The position numbers were made by a program, and so were the translations under genes. The notes below the pieces were generated by a model that saw only the letters and a program-made list of their open reading frames with translations, made no database searches and was not told the DNA's origin. A stretch of 64,000 nt of DNA from an uncultured Bacteroidales bacterium. Its GTDB lineage: Bacteria; Bacteroidota; Bacteroidia; Bacteroidales; VadinHA17. Below, one piece after another: positions 29,384 through 38,622 of this stretch; the first letter of the stretch is position 1, and each line of letters begins with the position of its first letter. Location of the stretch: assembly GCA_963717685.1 (NCBI GenBank), contig OY970346.1, positions 258,970-322,969 on the forward strand, given 5' to 3'.

Positions 29384-31483
29384 TTATAAAATAATATGAA
29401 AAAAGTTAAGTATGAAATCAATAATTTTAATGCCTATGAACGGGGCAATTATACCTCCAAGTCCATAAATCAGGATATTCCCGGTAAGTACCTTGCCGGC
29501 CGAAATCGGCCGGTATTTCACACCCCTGAGTGCAAGCGGAACCAGCATAATTATTATTAAAGCATTAAATATGACGGCACTCAGAACTGCACTTTCGGGA
29601 GTTGCCAGATGCATAATATTGAGAGCTGCCAAAGGGCCCGGCTTCCCGGCCGCAGAATAAAGCGGAATGGAAACTGCAGGAAGAATAGCAAAATATTTTG
29701 CGACATCATTGGCTATGCTGAAAGTTGTCAGGGCTCCTCGTGTCATTAGCAGCTGCTTGCCGGTTTCAACTACTTCAATAAGCTTGGTCGGATTGCTGTC
29801 AAGGTCCACCATATTGCCGGCCTCCCGAGCGGCCTGTGTTCCGGTATTCATCGCTATTCCAACATCAGCCTGTGCAAGGGCCGGAGCATCATTTGTACCA
29901 TCACCTATCATTCCCACAAGATGTCCGTTAGCCTGTTCCTGACGTATCCTCCGCAACTTATCCTCAGGCTTTGCCTCGGCCATGAAATCGTCCACTCCGG
30001 CTTCTGCACCTATTGCTGCTGCAGTCAGATGATTGTCCCCCGTTATCATCACGGTATGTATCCCCATCGCTCTCAATTGTTCAAACCTTTTCTTAATGCC
30101 GCCCTTGACAATATCCTTTAAATTAATTACTCCGAGAACCCTGTTGTTATCGCTTACGACCAGCGGGGTTGCTCCCTGCATAGAGAGTCGCCTGACAGTA
30201 TCCAGAACATTTTCAGGGAAGAATCCATCATTATCCTCAATGAACTTCTTTATGGAATCCGGAGCTCCTTTACGATACTTCCTTATATTCCCGTCAGTCA
30301 TCCTGATATCAATACCACTTATCCTTGTCTGGGCCGAAAATTTTATCAGGGTGGTATCGCCGGGATTAAGGGTTCTCCCTCTCAGGTTAAATTTTTCCTT
30401 GGCAAAAACAACAATTGAGCGCCCTTCCGGCGTTTCGTCAGCAAGAGAAGAAAGCTGTGCAGCATCAGCAAGATCTTCAACAGTCACTCCATCAGCGGCA
30501 ATGAAGTCGGTCGCCATTCTGTTTCCCAGGGTTATAGTCCCTGTCTTGTCAAGAAGCAGGACATCCACATCTCCTGCTGCTTCTACTGCCTTACCGCTGG
30601 TGGCAATGACATTCTTCTGAAGCAGCCTGTCCATTCCACTGATGCCGATTGCACTCAGAAGGCCTCCGATTGTAGTTGGTATAAGGCAGACCAGCAGCGA
30701 AATAAGTATTGTAAGAGGAAGATTCATATTCTGGGGTAACCCTGAGGCTTTAAGACTAAATGAGAAAAAAGCAGGAAGGGTTATAATTACAAGAAGGAAG
30801 ATTATAGTCAGGCCTATTAATAGAATTGAAAGGGCAATTTCATTCGGGGTCTTCTTCCTTCTTGCTCCCTCCACCAGAGCTATTATCCGATCGAGGAACG
30901 CATTCCCCTGTTCAGATGTTATCCTGACAATGATCCTGTCGCTCAGGACCTTGGTGCCACCCGTGACGGCACTCCTGTCGCCACCGCTTTCTCTTATTAC
31001 AGGAGCAGACTCACCAGTAATCGCGGATTCATCAACACTTGCTATTCCTTCAATCACCTCTCCGTCGGCAGGGATCACCGATCCTTCGGTACAGAGGACA
31101 AGGTCTCCTTTTTTAAGCTCAGAAGCCCATACCTCCTCTTGTCTGCCTGAGTCGAGACGGATTGCCCTGGTCATAGTTTTATTCTTTCTAAGGCTTTCAG
31201 CCTGAGCTTTCCCCCTGCCCTCTGCCACGGCTTCTGAAAAATTAGCAAATAAAACTGTTACCAACAGCCAGATTGAAACCTGAAGTTCGAAACTCGAGAA
31301 TGTTCCTGTAAAAATATCGCGGAAGAATATTACTGTAGTGATCGTCGCTCCAATTTCAACAATGAACATTACGGGATTCTTTGCCAGTTTTATCGGATTC
31401 AGCTTGACAAAAGATTCTTTCAGGGCTGTAAAAAAAATCCCTGAAGTAAAAATCTTTAAATCGTTTCCCCCGGATCGTTTCAT
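29384..31483 (-). CDS. kdpB: K+-transporting P-type ATPase subunit B
   Basis: 699 aa. DKTGTIT phosphorylation motif, MITGDN and [10 protein letters not shown]. Confidence 0.95.
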   Translation of the reverse strand: MKRSGGNDLKIFTSGIFFTALKESFVKLNPIKLAKNPVMFIVEIGATITTVIFFRDIFTGTFSSFELQVSIWLLVTVLFANFSEAVAEGRGKAQAESLRKNKTMTRAIRLDSGRQEEVWASELKKGDLVLCTEGSVIPADGEVIEGIASVDESAITGESAPVIRESGGDRSAVTGGTKVLSDRIIVRITSEQGNAFLDRIIALVEGARRKKTPNEIALSILLIGLTIIFLLVIITLPAFFSFSLKASGLPQNMNLPLTILISLLVCLIPTTIGGLLSAIGISGMDRLLQKNVIATSGKAVEAAGDVDVLLLDKTGTITLGNRMATDFIAADGVTVEDLADAAQLSSLADETPEGRSIVVFAKEKFNLRGRTLNPGDTTLIKFSAQTRISGIDIRMTDGNIRKYRKGAPDSIKKFIEDNDGFFPENVLDTVRRLSMQGATPLVVSDNNRVLGVINLKDIVKGGIKKRFEQLRAMGIHTVMITGDNHLTAAAIGAEAGVDDFMAEAKPEDKLRRIRQEQANGHLVGMIGDGTNDAPALAQADVGIAMNTGTQAAREAGNMVDLDSNPTKLIEVVETGKQLLMTRGALTTFSIANDVAKYFAILPAVSIPLYSAAGKPGPLAALNIMHLATPESAVLSAVIFNALIIIMLVPLALRGVKYRPISAGKVLTGNILIYGLGGIIAPFIGIKIIDFILNFFHIIL

Positions 31484-31495
31484 CTGGAAAGTGGA

Positions 31496-33172
31496 TTATT
31501 TTGACATCATCAAATGTTCCACGATTGGTCCGAATGACAAGGCAGGAAAAAATGTCAGACCTCCGATAATCACTATTACTGATATAAGCAAAAGTCCAAA
31601 AAGCCATGTGTCAGTCCTGAAAGTCCCTGCTGAAACCGGCGTGATCTTTTTATGGACCATGCTTCCTGCAATTGCCAGGGCTGGAATAATTACCCCATAT
31701 CTGCCAATCAGCATGCCGACACCAATAAGAATATTATAGAACATAGTATTTGCATTAATGCCTGCAAAGGCGCTTCCGTTGTTGCCTGCAGCAGAAGTGA
31801 AGGCGTAAAGGATTTCTGATAATCCGTGCGGCCCCGGGTTATTTATTCCTGCCAGACCGGCTTTTGTAATGGATCCTATCGCAGAGAAAACCAATATCAC
31901 AAAATTTGTTGCAAGAACTGCGATTATCGCCATTTCAACCTCAAATGCTTCAATTTTTTTACCGAGGAATTCAGGAGATCTCCCGACCATCAGGCCTGCA
32001 ATGAATACGGTCAGAATAATGAACATTACCATTCCATAAATTCCAGCACCGACCCCGCCGAATATTACTTCTCCGACCATTATGTTGGACATGGCGGCAA
32101 ATCCTGCCATTGGCGAGTAACTGTCAATCATCGAATTGACGGAACCATTAGATGCAGCTGTAGTTGCGACTGTCCATAGTACACTATTCCCGATTCCGAA
32201 ACGTGTCTCCTTCCCTTCCATATTTGTTGATAAGCCCGGGATGGCATGTAACGTGTACTCATAATGAAATGAAACAACAAGACCAAATATCAAAAATGCC
32301 AGCATAACCAGAAAGAGAGTCCATCCCTGGCGATTGGAGCCTGCCATCCTGCCATAGGTAAATGTCAGAGCTGAAGGGATAAGCAAAATTGCAAGCATTT
32401 CCAAAAAATTGGTCAGTGGAGTCGGATTCTCGAAAGGATGAGCACTGTTGACATTGAAAAAGCCGCCGCCGTTGGTCCCAAGTTGTTTAATGGCAATCTG
32501 GGAAGAGACCGGGCCCAGGGGGATTGTCTGCATCTGACCCTGAAGAGTGGTAATTTTCACATATGGATGGAAAGTCTGGACGACGCCCTGTCCTGCAAGG
32601 ATAATTGCCAGGATAATCGAGAGAGGTAATAATACGTAAAGAACTGATCTTACCGTATCCATCCAGAAATTGCCAACCGTTTCTGCGGTTTTTCTTGTCA
32701 AACCTCGCATCAGAGCAAGAAATACGGTTATCCCGGTCGCTGCGCTTAAAAAATTCTGCACAGTAAGTCCGGCCATCTGAACAAGATAGCTTAAAGTGGT
32801 TTCACCGCTGTATGACTGCCAGTTGGTATTTGTCATGAAGCTCACGGCTGTATTGAAAGCCAGGGGCCATCCGACGCCTGGTAACTTCTGAGGGTTTAGC
32901 GGCAGGAAGTTCTGGAAGAGCTGGAGAAGAAAAAGCACAATAAAGCCAAAGAAATTAAAAACGAGAAGGCTTACGGCATAACTTTTCCAGTTCATTTCCG
33001 AGCCATCACAGGATATAAAACGATAAATGAGATTCTCAAAAGGCAATAATAATGGTTTCAGGATGTGTTTTTCATTCAAAAAGACCTTTGCCATATATCT
33101 TCCGAGCAGGGGTGTAAGAATGACAAGAATAAGAATGAAAAGCGCAACCTGTACCAGGTCAGATTCATGCAT
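31496..33172 (-). CDS. kdpA: K+-transporting ATPase subunit A
   Basis: 558 aa polytopic protein. NTNWQSYSGE and GTNGGGFF selectivity-filter-like blocks. Confidence 0.9.
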   Translation of the reverse strand: MHESDLVQVALFILILVILTPLLGRYMAKVFLNEKHILKPLLLPFENLIYRFISCDGSEMNWKSYAVSLLVFNFFGFIVLFLLQLFQNFLPLNPQKLPGVGWPLAFNTAVSFMTNTNWQSYSGETTLSYLVQMAGLTVQNFLSAATGITVFLALMRGLTRKTAETVGNFWMDTVRSVLYVLLPLSIILAIILAGQGVVQTFHPYVKITTLQGQMQTIPLGPVSSQIAIKQLGTNGGGFFNVNSAHPFENPTPLTNFLEMLAILLIPSALTFTYGRMAGSNRQGWTLFLVMLAFLIFGLVVSFHYEYTLHAIPGLSTNMEGKETRFGIGNSVLWTVATTAASNGSVNSMIDSYSPMAGFAAMSNIMVGEVIFGGVGAGIYGMVMFIILTVFIAGLMVGRSPEFLGKKIEAFEVEMAIIAVLATNFVILVFSAIGSITKAGLAGINNPGPHGLSEILYAFTSAAGNNGSAFAGINANTMFYNILIGVGMLIGRYGVIIPALAIAGSMVHKKITPVSAGTFRTDTWLFGLLLISVIVIIGGLTFFPALSFGPIVEHLMMSK

Positions 33173-33178
33173 GGTTCT

Positions 33179-33298
33179 TCATTCTAAATGTATATGAAAT
33201 ACTTTCTCCAGAATAAACCGGAGAAAGTATCCGACAATAAAAACGCCTGCCACAGATATCAGAAAGATTATAATTTCAATTAAAGTCTTCCAGCTCAT
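33179..33298 (-). CDS. kdpF: Candidate KdpF small membrane subunit (39 aa), not in the ORF track
   Basis: My translation is MSWKTLIEIIIFLISVAGVFIVGYFLRFILEKVFHIHLE, a single hydrophobic helix. Its stop lies 6 nt before the kdpA ATG, the canonical kdpF position. It is longer than typical KdpF (about 26-30 aa). Confidence 0.5.
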   Translation of the reverse strand: MSWKTLIEIIIFLISVAGVFIVGYFLRFILEKVFHIHLE

Positions 33299-33764
33299 TT
33301 TACCTAATTATTAATCATGACAAAACTATGCCGGGTTTTATAAGCAGGGTATAAAGAATTGATTAGCAGATGTAAAGATTTTATAAAACCAGTTCTGCCC
33401 TTTTTCCTGAACTAAATGGAGATATTCAGCGTAAAGACTGTATAACAGGCTAAATCCAGGTTTTTACTCATTATATTGCCTGACAATGACATAAGAACTA
33501 ATCCCGGTCAATCGGGATGTGATTACCTTTTAAGCCATGTCAGCAAAGAATCTGACTAACCAGGATCAAAATCCAAAAACAGGAAAGAATGCTGATCCTT
33601 ATTTTATGTACATTTGTTCAGGATTTCTTTATATTATACTTTCTTTATACTTTCTTTATATTAATTTATACCATTTAGAATACTTTTGCAGGATTTATTT
33701 TCCGACGGAATCAGCATTATCCGGATTGGAAAATAAAGAAATCAGGAAATGAATTAGTTTCATT

Positions 33765-35774
33765 ATGGAGAGGGATAATGCAGATTCAGACTTTGCAGGA
33801 AAATTAAAGGATACTTTCATCGGGAAGGCCAAAGCAATACAGGACAAAAAAATCTTTCAAAAATTATCCCTGGTGGCTTTTTTTGCCTGGATCGGTCTTG
33901 GGGCAGATGGGATATCTTCATCGTGCTACGGTCCTGAAGAAGCGTTCAGAAACCTGCAGGGTCATCCAAGCCTTGCTATATTCGTGGCTTTGGGGACCGT
34001 CATTACTATATCCGTGATCAGTACCAGCTACAACCAGATAGTTCGGTTATTTCCCCATGGTGGCGGGGGGTATCTCGTCGGAAGCAAGTTGATCTCCCCG
34101 GTTGTAGGAATGATTTCAGGGTCAGCGCTTATCATTGATTATGTCCTTACAATAACACTTTCGGTTTCGAGCGGCGCGGATGCTCTTTTCAGCTATTTCC
34201 CCGCGGCCTTTCAGTCCTATAAGCTGCCTTTTGCCCTTGCAGGAGTATGTTTTCTTATCCTTTTGAACCTTAGAGGTGTAAAAGAATCAGTAGTGTCACT
34301 TACACCAATATTCATCATTTTCATAGCTACCCATATCATAGCTATAATATACGGTATAGCGTTTCATGCCTCAAATTTTACAACTGTCGCCAGTGAAACG
34401 GCACATCAGATCAGTAGAACAACTTCACAGCTTGGCGTTTTTGCCACTTTCTTCATAATTCTCAGGGCCTACAGCATGGGGGCAGGCACATATACCGGAA
34501 TCGAGGCGGTGAGCAACGGGATGCCTATTCTGCGTGAACCCAAGGTCGCAACCGCCCGAAAGACAATGATCCTGATGACGGCTTCACTCTCGTTTATGGT
34601 CCTGGGACTGATGATTTGCTATATGCTGTTCAATGTGGACCTTAGTACCCACAAAACATTAAATGCAGTACTTCTTGATAGTATAACCGCAGGCTGGGGG
34701 CATATCGGGGCAAGGAGTTTTGTCCTTATCACGCTGTTATCTGAAGCAGCCCTGCTTTTTGTGGCTGCCCAGACCGGTTTTATTGACGGGCCGAGGATAA
34801 TGGCCAATATGGCAATCGATCACTGGTTCCCTAAAAGATTCGCTTCCCTGAGTGACAGGCTGGTCACCATGAATGGAGTTTTATTAATGGGAATTGCTTC
34901 GATCATTCTAATGGTTCTTTCAAAAGGTTCGGTCGCACTGCTGGTGGTTTTGTACAGTATCAACGTATTTATCACTTTCTCAATTTCCCAGGTTGGGATG
35001 GTCAGGCACTGGTGGATGTCGAGAGACAAGGAGCACCACTGGAAAAGAAAGCTATCAATTAATGGCATCGGTCTGGTACTCACCTCATTTATCCTTATTT
35101 CGGTGATCATCATTAAATTCAGGCAGGGAGGATGGGCTACCTTGATGATCACGGGATTACTTATTTTCCTTTGCCTTAAAATCAAGGAGCATTATTTCGA
35201 AGTCGCCGTCAAGCTTCAGAAGCTTCGGGTTAACGCCTATAGTGAAATTGAGAAGCTGACCGGTCATCATCTTTCTGAAGAGAATAATCAAATTAATAAA
35301 GTGCCATTCAAACCTGAAGGAAAAACAGCAATAATACTTGTAAGCGGTTTCGGAGGAACAGGATTATACACATTCCTCAGGATACTGGAGAACTTTAAAG
35401 GAGTATACAGCAACATAATCTTCCTAAGAATCGGCATAATTAATTCCAAGATCTACAGGGGAACGAAGGAACTTGACCATTTTAAGAAACAGGTCATGGA
35501 AGACGGCAAAAAATACGAAAGGGTTGCCAATCTTTTTGGCTTTTACGGGAAGTGTCTGTGGACTATCGGGACAGATCCGATCAACGAGGTCTACAGAATA
35601 GTCAAAAAAATAATGCCAAAGTTATCAGGTGCAACATTCTTTGGCGGACAGCTGGTTTTTTCAAAGACATTCTATCTTTCAAGATTGCTTCATAATCACA
35701 CTATCTTCAACATTCAGAAGAGGTTTTTTAAATTCGGCATTCCTATCGTGATCTTCCCGATAAAAGTCATCTGA
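33765..35774 (+). CDS. APC-superfamily permease with ~200-aa cytoplasmic C-terminal domain (KimA-like putative K+ transporter)
   Basis: 669 aa with about 12 TM segments. The N-terminal block LGADGISSSCYGPEEAF resembles the SSDALSSVAYGTE block of the KimA/YdaO-type family. It is divergent from kdpFABC. Confidence 0.5.
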   Translation: MERDNADSDFAGKLKDTFIGKAKAIQDKKIFQKLSLVAFFAWIGLGADGISSSCYGPEEAFRNLQGHPSLAIFVALGTVITISVISTSYNQIVRLFPHGGGGYLVGSKLISPVVGMISGSALIIDYVLTITLSVSSGADALFSYFPAAFQSYKLPFALAGVCFLILLNLRGVKESVVSLTPIFIIFIATHIIAIIYGIAFHASNFTTVASETAHQISRTTSQLGVFATFFIILRAYSMGAGTYTGIEAVSNGMPILREPKVATARKTMILMTASLSFMVLGLMICYMLFNVDLSTHKTLNAVLLDSITAGWGHIGARSFVLITLLSEAALLFVAAQTGFIDGPRIMANMAIDHWFPKRFASLSDRLVTMNGVLLMGIASIILMVLSKGSVALLVVLYSINVFITFSISQVGMVRHWWMSRDKEHHWKRKLSINGIGLVLTSFILISVIIIKFRQGGWATLMITGLLIFLCLKIKEHYFEVAVKLQKLRVNAYSEIEKLTGHHLSEENNQINKVPFKPEGKTAIILVSGFGGTGLYTFLRILENFKGVYSNIIFLRIGIINSKIYRGTKELDHFKKQVMEDGKKYERVANLFGFYGKCLWTIGTDPINEVYRIVKKIMPKLSGATFFGGQLVFSKTFYLSRLLHNHTIFNIQKRFFKFGIPIVIFPIKVI

Positions 35775-35805
35775 CCAGGGGCAAATCTTCAGGAAACAGA
35801 TTGGC

Positions 35806-35915
35806 ACGGATGTTCTTTTCAGGAACGTGATCTTCACATCCGTCATCTTCGTCGGCCGCAATTCGGCAACGATTCCGGGGGCCGAATCCGCCGACTGGCG
35901 GAGAAGACGTATTAC
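35806..35915. repeat. GC-rich imperfect-palindrome intergenic element
   Basis: CGTCATCTTCGTCGGCCGCAATTCGGC ... GCCGAATCCGCCGACTGGCGGAGAAGACG forms a long imperfect hairpin. It contains TCCGCCGACTGGCGGA (35887-35902), which matches 15/16 with 56606-56621. It shares CTTCGTCGGCC with 3303-3313. Confidence 0.6.
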
Positions 35916-35923
35916 AAACAAAA

Positions 35924-35944
35924 AAACCGGTCTTAAACCGGTTT
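35924..35944. terminator. Bidirectional intrinsic terminator between convergent genes
   Basis: AAACCGGT-cttaa-ACCGGTTT: an 8-bp stem flanked by an A-run upstream and a T-run downstream. It sits between the permease (+) and the repeat protein (-). Confidence 0.7.
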
Positions 35945-35954
35945 TTATAAGCTT

Positions 35955-36533
35955 TTATTGCTTGTCAGGACTCAAATAGACCTTATCACCATTTTTATTC
36001 ATATAATACTTGCCTCCTTTAGGACCTGTGTACACAGCCTCTCCATTGGGACCTTTCTGTTCTGCTGCAACTTTATCTTCAGCCTTCAGATAAGTCTTAT
36101 TGCCGTTCTTATTGATATAGTACTGGCCGCCTCTGGGACCTTCATATACAGCCTGTCCATCAGGACCTTTCTGCCCGGAGACGATTTTATCGTTCTTGGC
36201 CGTGGAACCGGCAGGAGCAGGTGCAGCTTTGGTTGTCTTGGTCTGTGCGGCGGCGGCAGGAGCCTTGGTAGTCTTTGCCGGAGTGCCGGCGGTAGGAGCC
36301 TTGGTAGTCTTTGCCGGAGTGCCAGCGGCAGGAGCCTTGGTCGTCTTAGTCTGTGTTGCAGCGGCAGGAGCCTTGGTTGTCTTTGCCTTGGTTGATGTCG
36401 TAGCTTTAGTAGTCTTTTCTTTTGTCTTGGTTGTAGCAGTATTCTGAGTAGCCTGGGTAGTATTGTCCTGTGAAAAACAATCGACTGAGCAAACCGTAAA
36501 CACTGCCAGCATTAAAACAACAATCTTTTTCAT
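35955..36533 (-). CDS. Secreted low-complexity protein with TTKAP tandem repeats and two GPxGxxVYxGPxGGxYYxNKNGxKxYL modules
   Basis: 192 aa. Signal peptide MKKIVVLMLAVFTVCSV. (A/T)KTTKAPAA(G/A)TP repeats about 6 times. Then come QKGPDGQAVYEGPRGGQYYINKNGNKTYL and QKGPNGEAVYTGPKGGKYYMNKNGDKVYL. Confidence 0.6.
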   Translation of the reverse strand: MKKIVVLMLAVFTVCSVDCFSQDNTTQATQNTATTKTKEKTTKATTSTKAKTTKAPAAATQTKTTKAPAAGTPAKTTKAPTAGTPAKTTKAPAAAAQTKTTKAAPAPAGSTAKNDKIVSGQKGPDGQAVYEGPRGGQYYINKNGNKTYLKAEDKVAAEQKGPNGEAVYTGPKGGKYYMNKNGDKVYLSPDKQ

Positions 36534-36706
36534 AGTTCAAATATTTAAAAAGTAATGGTTATTTGTGCAAAATTAACATAATAATATTACTCAACATTGG
36601 TTGTATCATTATTAACACTGTACGCTTCCGCATCATTTCGACGGCTGTCGTAAGTCAAATATCCTGCCGGAAAGTAGTTTTTTCTGAAAGGCAGGAATTG
36701 TGTTGA

Positions 36707-36922
36707 TCAGGCTTTAGGAGTAGTAGCAGGGGAGTTTTTGTCTCCCTCGTTCTCATTCTTTTCAGGTTTTTTTTCAGATTCCTCTCCTCTCGAAGCTTTC
36801 TTGAATTCGTTGATACCCTGACCAAGACCACGCATCATTTCCGGTATTTTCTTTCCGCCGCCAAACAGCAGGAGTATTATCAGAATGATAACCAAAAGGT
36901 GCCACGGGCTTAATAAATCCAT
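36707..36922 (-). CDS. tatA: Twin-arginine translocase subunit TatA/E
   Basis: 71 aa. N-terminal TM followed by LLLFGGGKKIPEMMRGLGQGINEFKKA. Confidence 0.85.
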   Translation of the reverse strand: MDLLSPWHLLVIILIILLLFGGGKKIPEMMRGLGQGINEFKKASRGEESEKKPEKNENEGDKNSPATTPKA

Positions 36923-37226
36923 AATAAATCAGTTTTTAAAGTAAAGTCAAATCTTTATTTAATCTTGTAAATATCTGAAAATTATTCCGTTTGTCAATCC
37001 CCGTCATTTCCCCTCAGAAAAGGCTGGGAATTTTTTAGCTACGGGACAAATATAATACTAATTACGTCAGCACATATAAAATGATCTTTCATTTTAAGGA
37101 AATTTAATATTGCAATAGCATCAAACCTAAGTTTATTGGCAAAATGGGGAAAATATTCCCATTTTTGTCTTTTTATGATCATGGTTCTCACTTAACTTAG
37201 TAACTTTGTCAAAATTGGAGGGGAAG

Positions 37227-37643
37227 ATGGGAACAATTCTCTTTTTAAGCGGTCAGCATATTTTTCTAGTCATGATTGTCGTATTGCTCCTGTTTGGCGC
37301 GGACAAAATGCCTGAAGTTGCCAAGGGACTGGCTAAAGGAATGCAGGATCTTAAAAAGGCGACCGATGATATTAAAAAGGAGTTTGAAGCAAGCACTAAA
37401 GAAATACGCAACAATGTGAGCGATATACAGAGCTCAATAAGAAAAGATGCAAGTGATTTTTCTGAAAATATCCGGAAGAATGCCAATGATATATCAGATT
37501 CATTTAAGGATGAGATCAATTCTTCCGATCCTTCAGCCGGAAGTACCCGGTCAATTACTGAAAAGAAAGAGAATAATCCGGATAATCTCTCTGCTAAAAG
37601 CACGGGGCCCATTGAAAACTCCCAAACCGGCTATGCCGGATAA
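37227..37643 (+). CDS. TatA/TatB-family protein (longer, TatB-like)
   Basis: Start moved to ATG 37227 (MGTILFLSGQHIFLVMIVVLLLFGADKMPEVAKGLAKGMQDLKKA). It ends in an acidic/Ser-rich amphipathic tail. Confidence 0.65.
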   Translation: MGTILFLSGQHIFLVMIVVLLLFGADKMPEVAKGLAKGMQDLKKATDDIKKEFEASTKEIRNNVSDIQSSIRKDASDFSENIRKNANDISDSFKDEINSSDPSAGSTRSITEKKENNPDNLSAKSTGPIENSQTGYAG

Positions 37644-37948
37644 CCCTGGTATTTTTCCTCCTGAACGTTTTTCCGGACCAGCCAGTTGATTACCAGAAAT
37701 GATACTTCTTTATGCGTTGAAGAATTCTTCATTGCCAAAACAATACTCTTGCACTAATGCCTTCCGGGTAATGTTTCAGGAAGATGCGTCTGGATACTGG
37801 CAATAAAACCATTAAGAAGGGGAATTTACCTTCCTGACTTATAAATGCTTCCTCTGATGATTATTGCTTCAGACATCCATTAATTAATAAAAAGGATGTC
37901 TGAAGCTGTATCAGGATAGTAATAACCAATCCTGATAAAAGATGTCTG

Positions 37949-38224
37949 TTATTTCTTTGTATTATCAACTTTGGCACGATAAGCCAAGGCCTTTTTCAAT
38001 GATTCTATGGCCTTTTTCGAATCGGCAATAGCCTGGGCTTTGAACCCGCCAAAATCACTTGGGGCTTTTTCCATATAATCCACTGCGCCCTGAAGCTCCT
38101 TGATGGCACTCACAATTCTCGGATGTTCTACAGCTTCTGATTTTACATTCTGCTGAACACCAACAAATGCAGTTGCACTCATGAACATAACTGCAAGCGA
38201 AATAATCATTAGATTCTTTTTCAT
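37949..38224 (-). CDS. Small secreted helical protein, unknown function
   Basis: 91 aa. Signal peptide MKKNLMIISLAVMFMSATAF. No motif recognised. Confidence 0.45.
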   Translation of the reverse strand: MKKNLMIISLAVMFMSATAFVGVQQNVKSEAVEHPRIVSAIKELQGAVDYMEKAPSDFGGFKAQAIADSKKAIESLKKALAYRAKVDNTKK

Positions 38225-38622
38225 GTTTTTTCTTTTTGGTTCGACTTTTTATTCTTGAATTAAAGAACAAATTTAATGAAATCAGATTATTAAAAATGTT
38301 AAAACTATGTGCTTTATTACAGGATCAATAATCCCAAAGTGTTCTCCGGAAAACAGGTGAAAAGATATAAAATTATTTCAGATTACAATTATTATTGGCA
38401 ATAAATAATGCATATTATTTAGCTCGGGGGATTAAGATCCTGGTATTGCAAAAACCCATGAAAAGAAATTCTTCTATTACTGCCCTCAGTATTAAATAAT
38501 GTTAAAAAGAAGAAAACCTGATTCCGTTTAAACATCTTTTTCCCAAATTTGCCACCTGTTTTATGAAAGAAATAATTAAATACTGGTAAAATTTGTTAAA
38601 AATCAATTCGCGTTGCATCAAG

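Noticed and set aside
30033-31205. 195-aa and 187-aa plus-strand ORFs inside kdpB
   Set aside because: They are antisense to the highly conserved P-type ATPase gene. Their composition (Ser/Pro/Ile-rich) is typical of shadow frames.
33299-33764. c-di-AMP (ydaO-type) riboswitch upstream of the KimA-like permease or kdpF
   Set aside because: I could not recognise a pseudo-twofold ydaO architecture or its conserved ACGGGGA/CCCG-type blocks. The region is mostly AT-rich with one short hairpin (33501-33519).
35958-36447. Plus-strand ORFs 35958..36395 and 36196..36447 (Ala/Val/Gly-rich)
   Set aside because: They are antisense shadows of the GC-rich TTKAP repeat region. The minus-strand ORF has a signal peptide and a proper start context.
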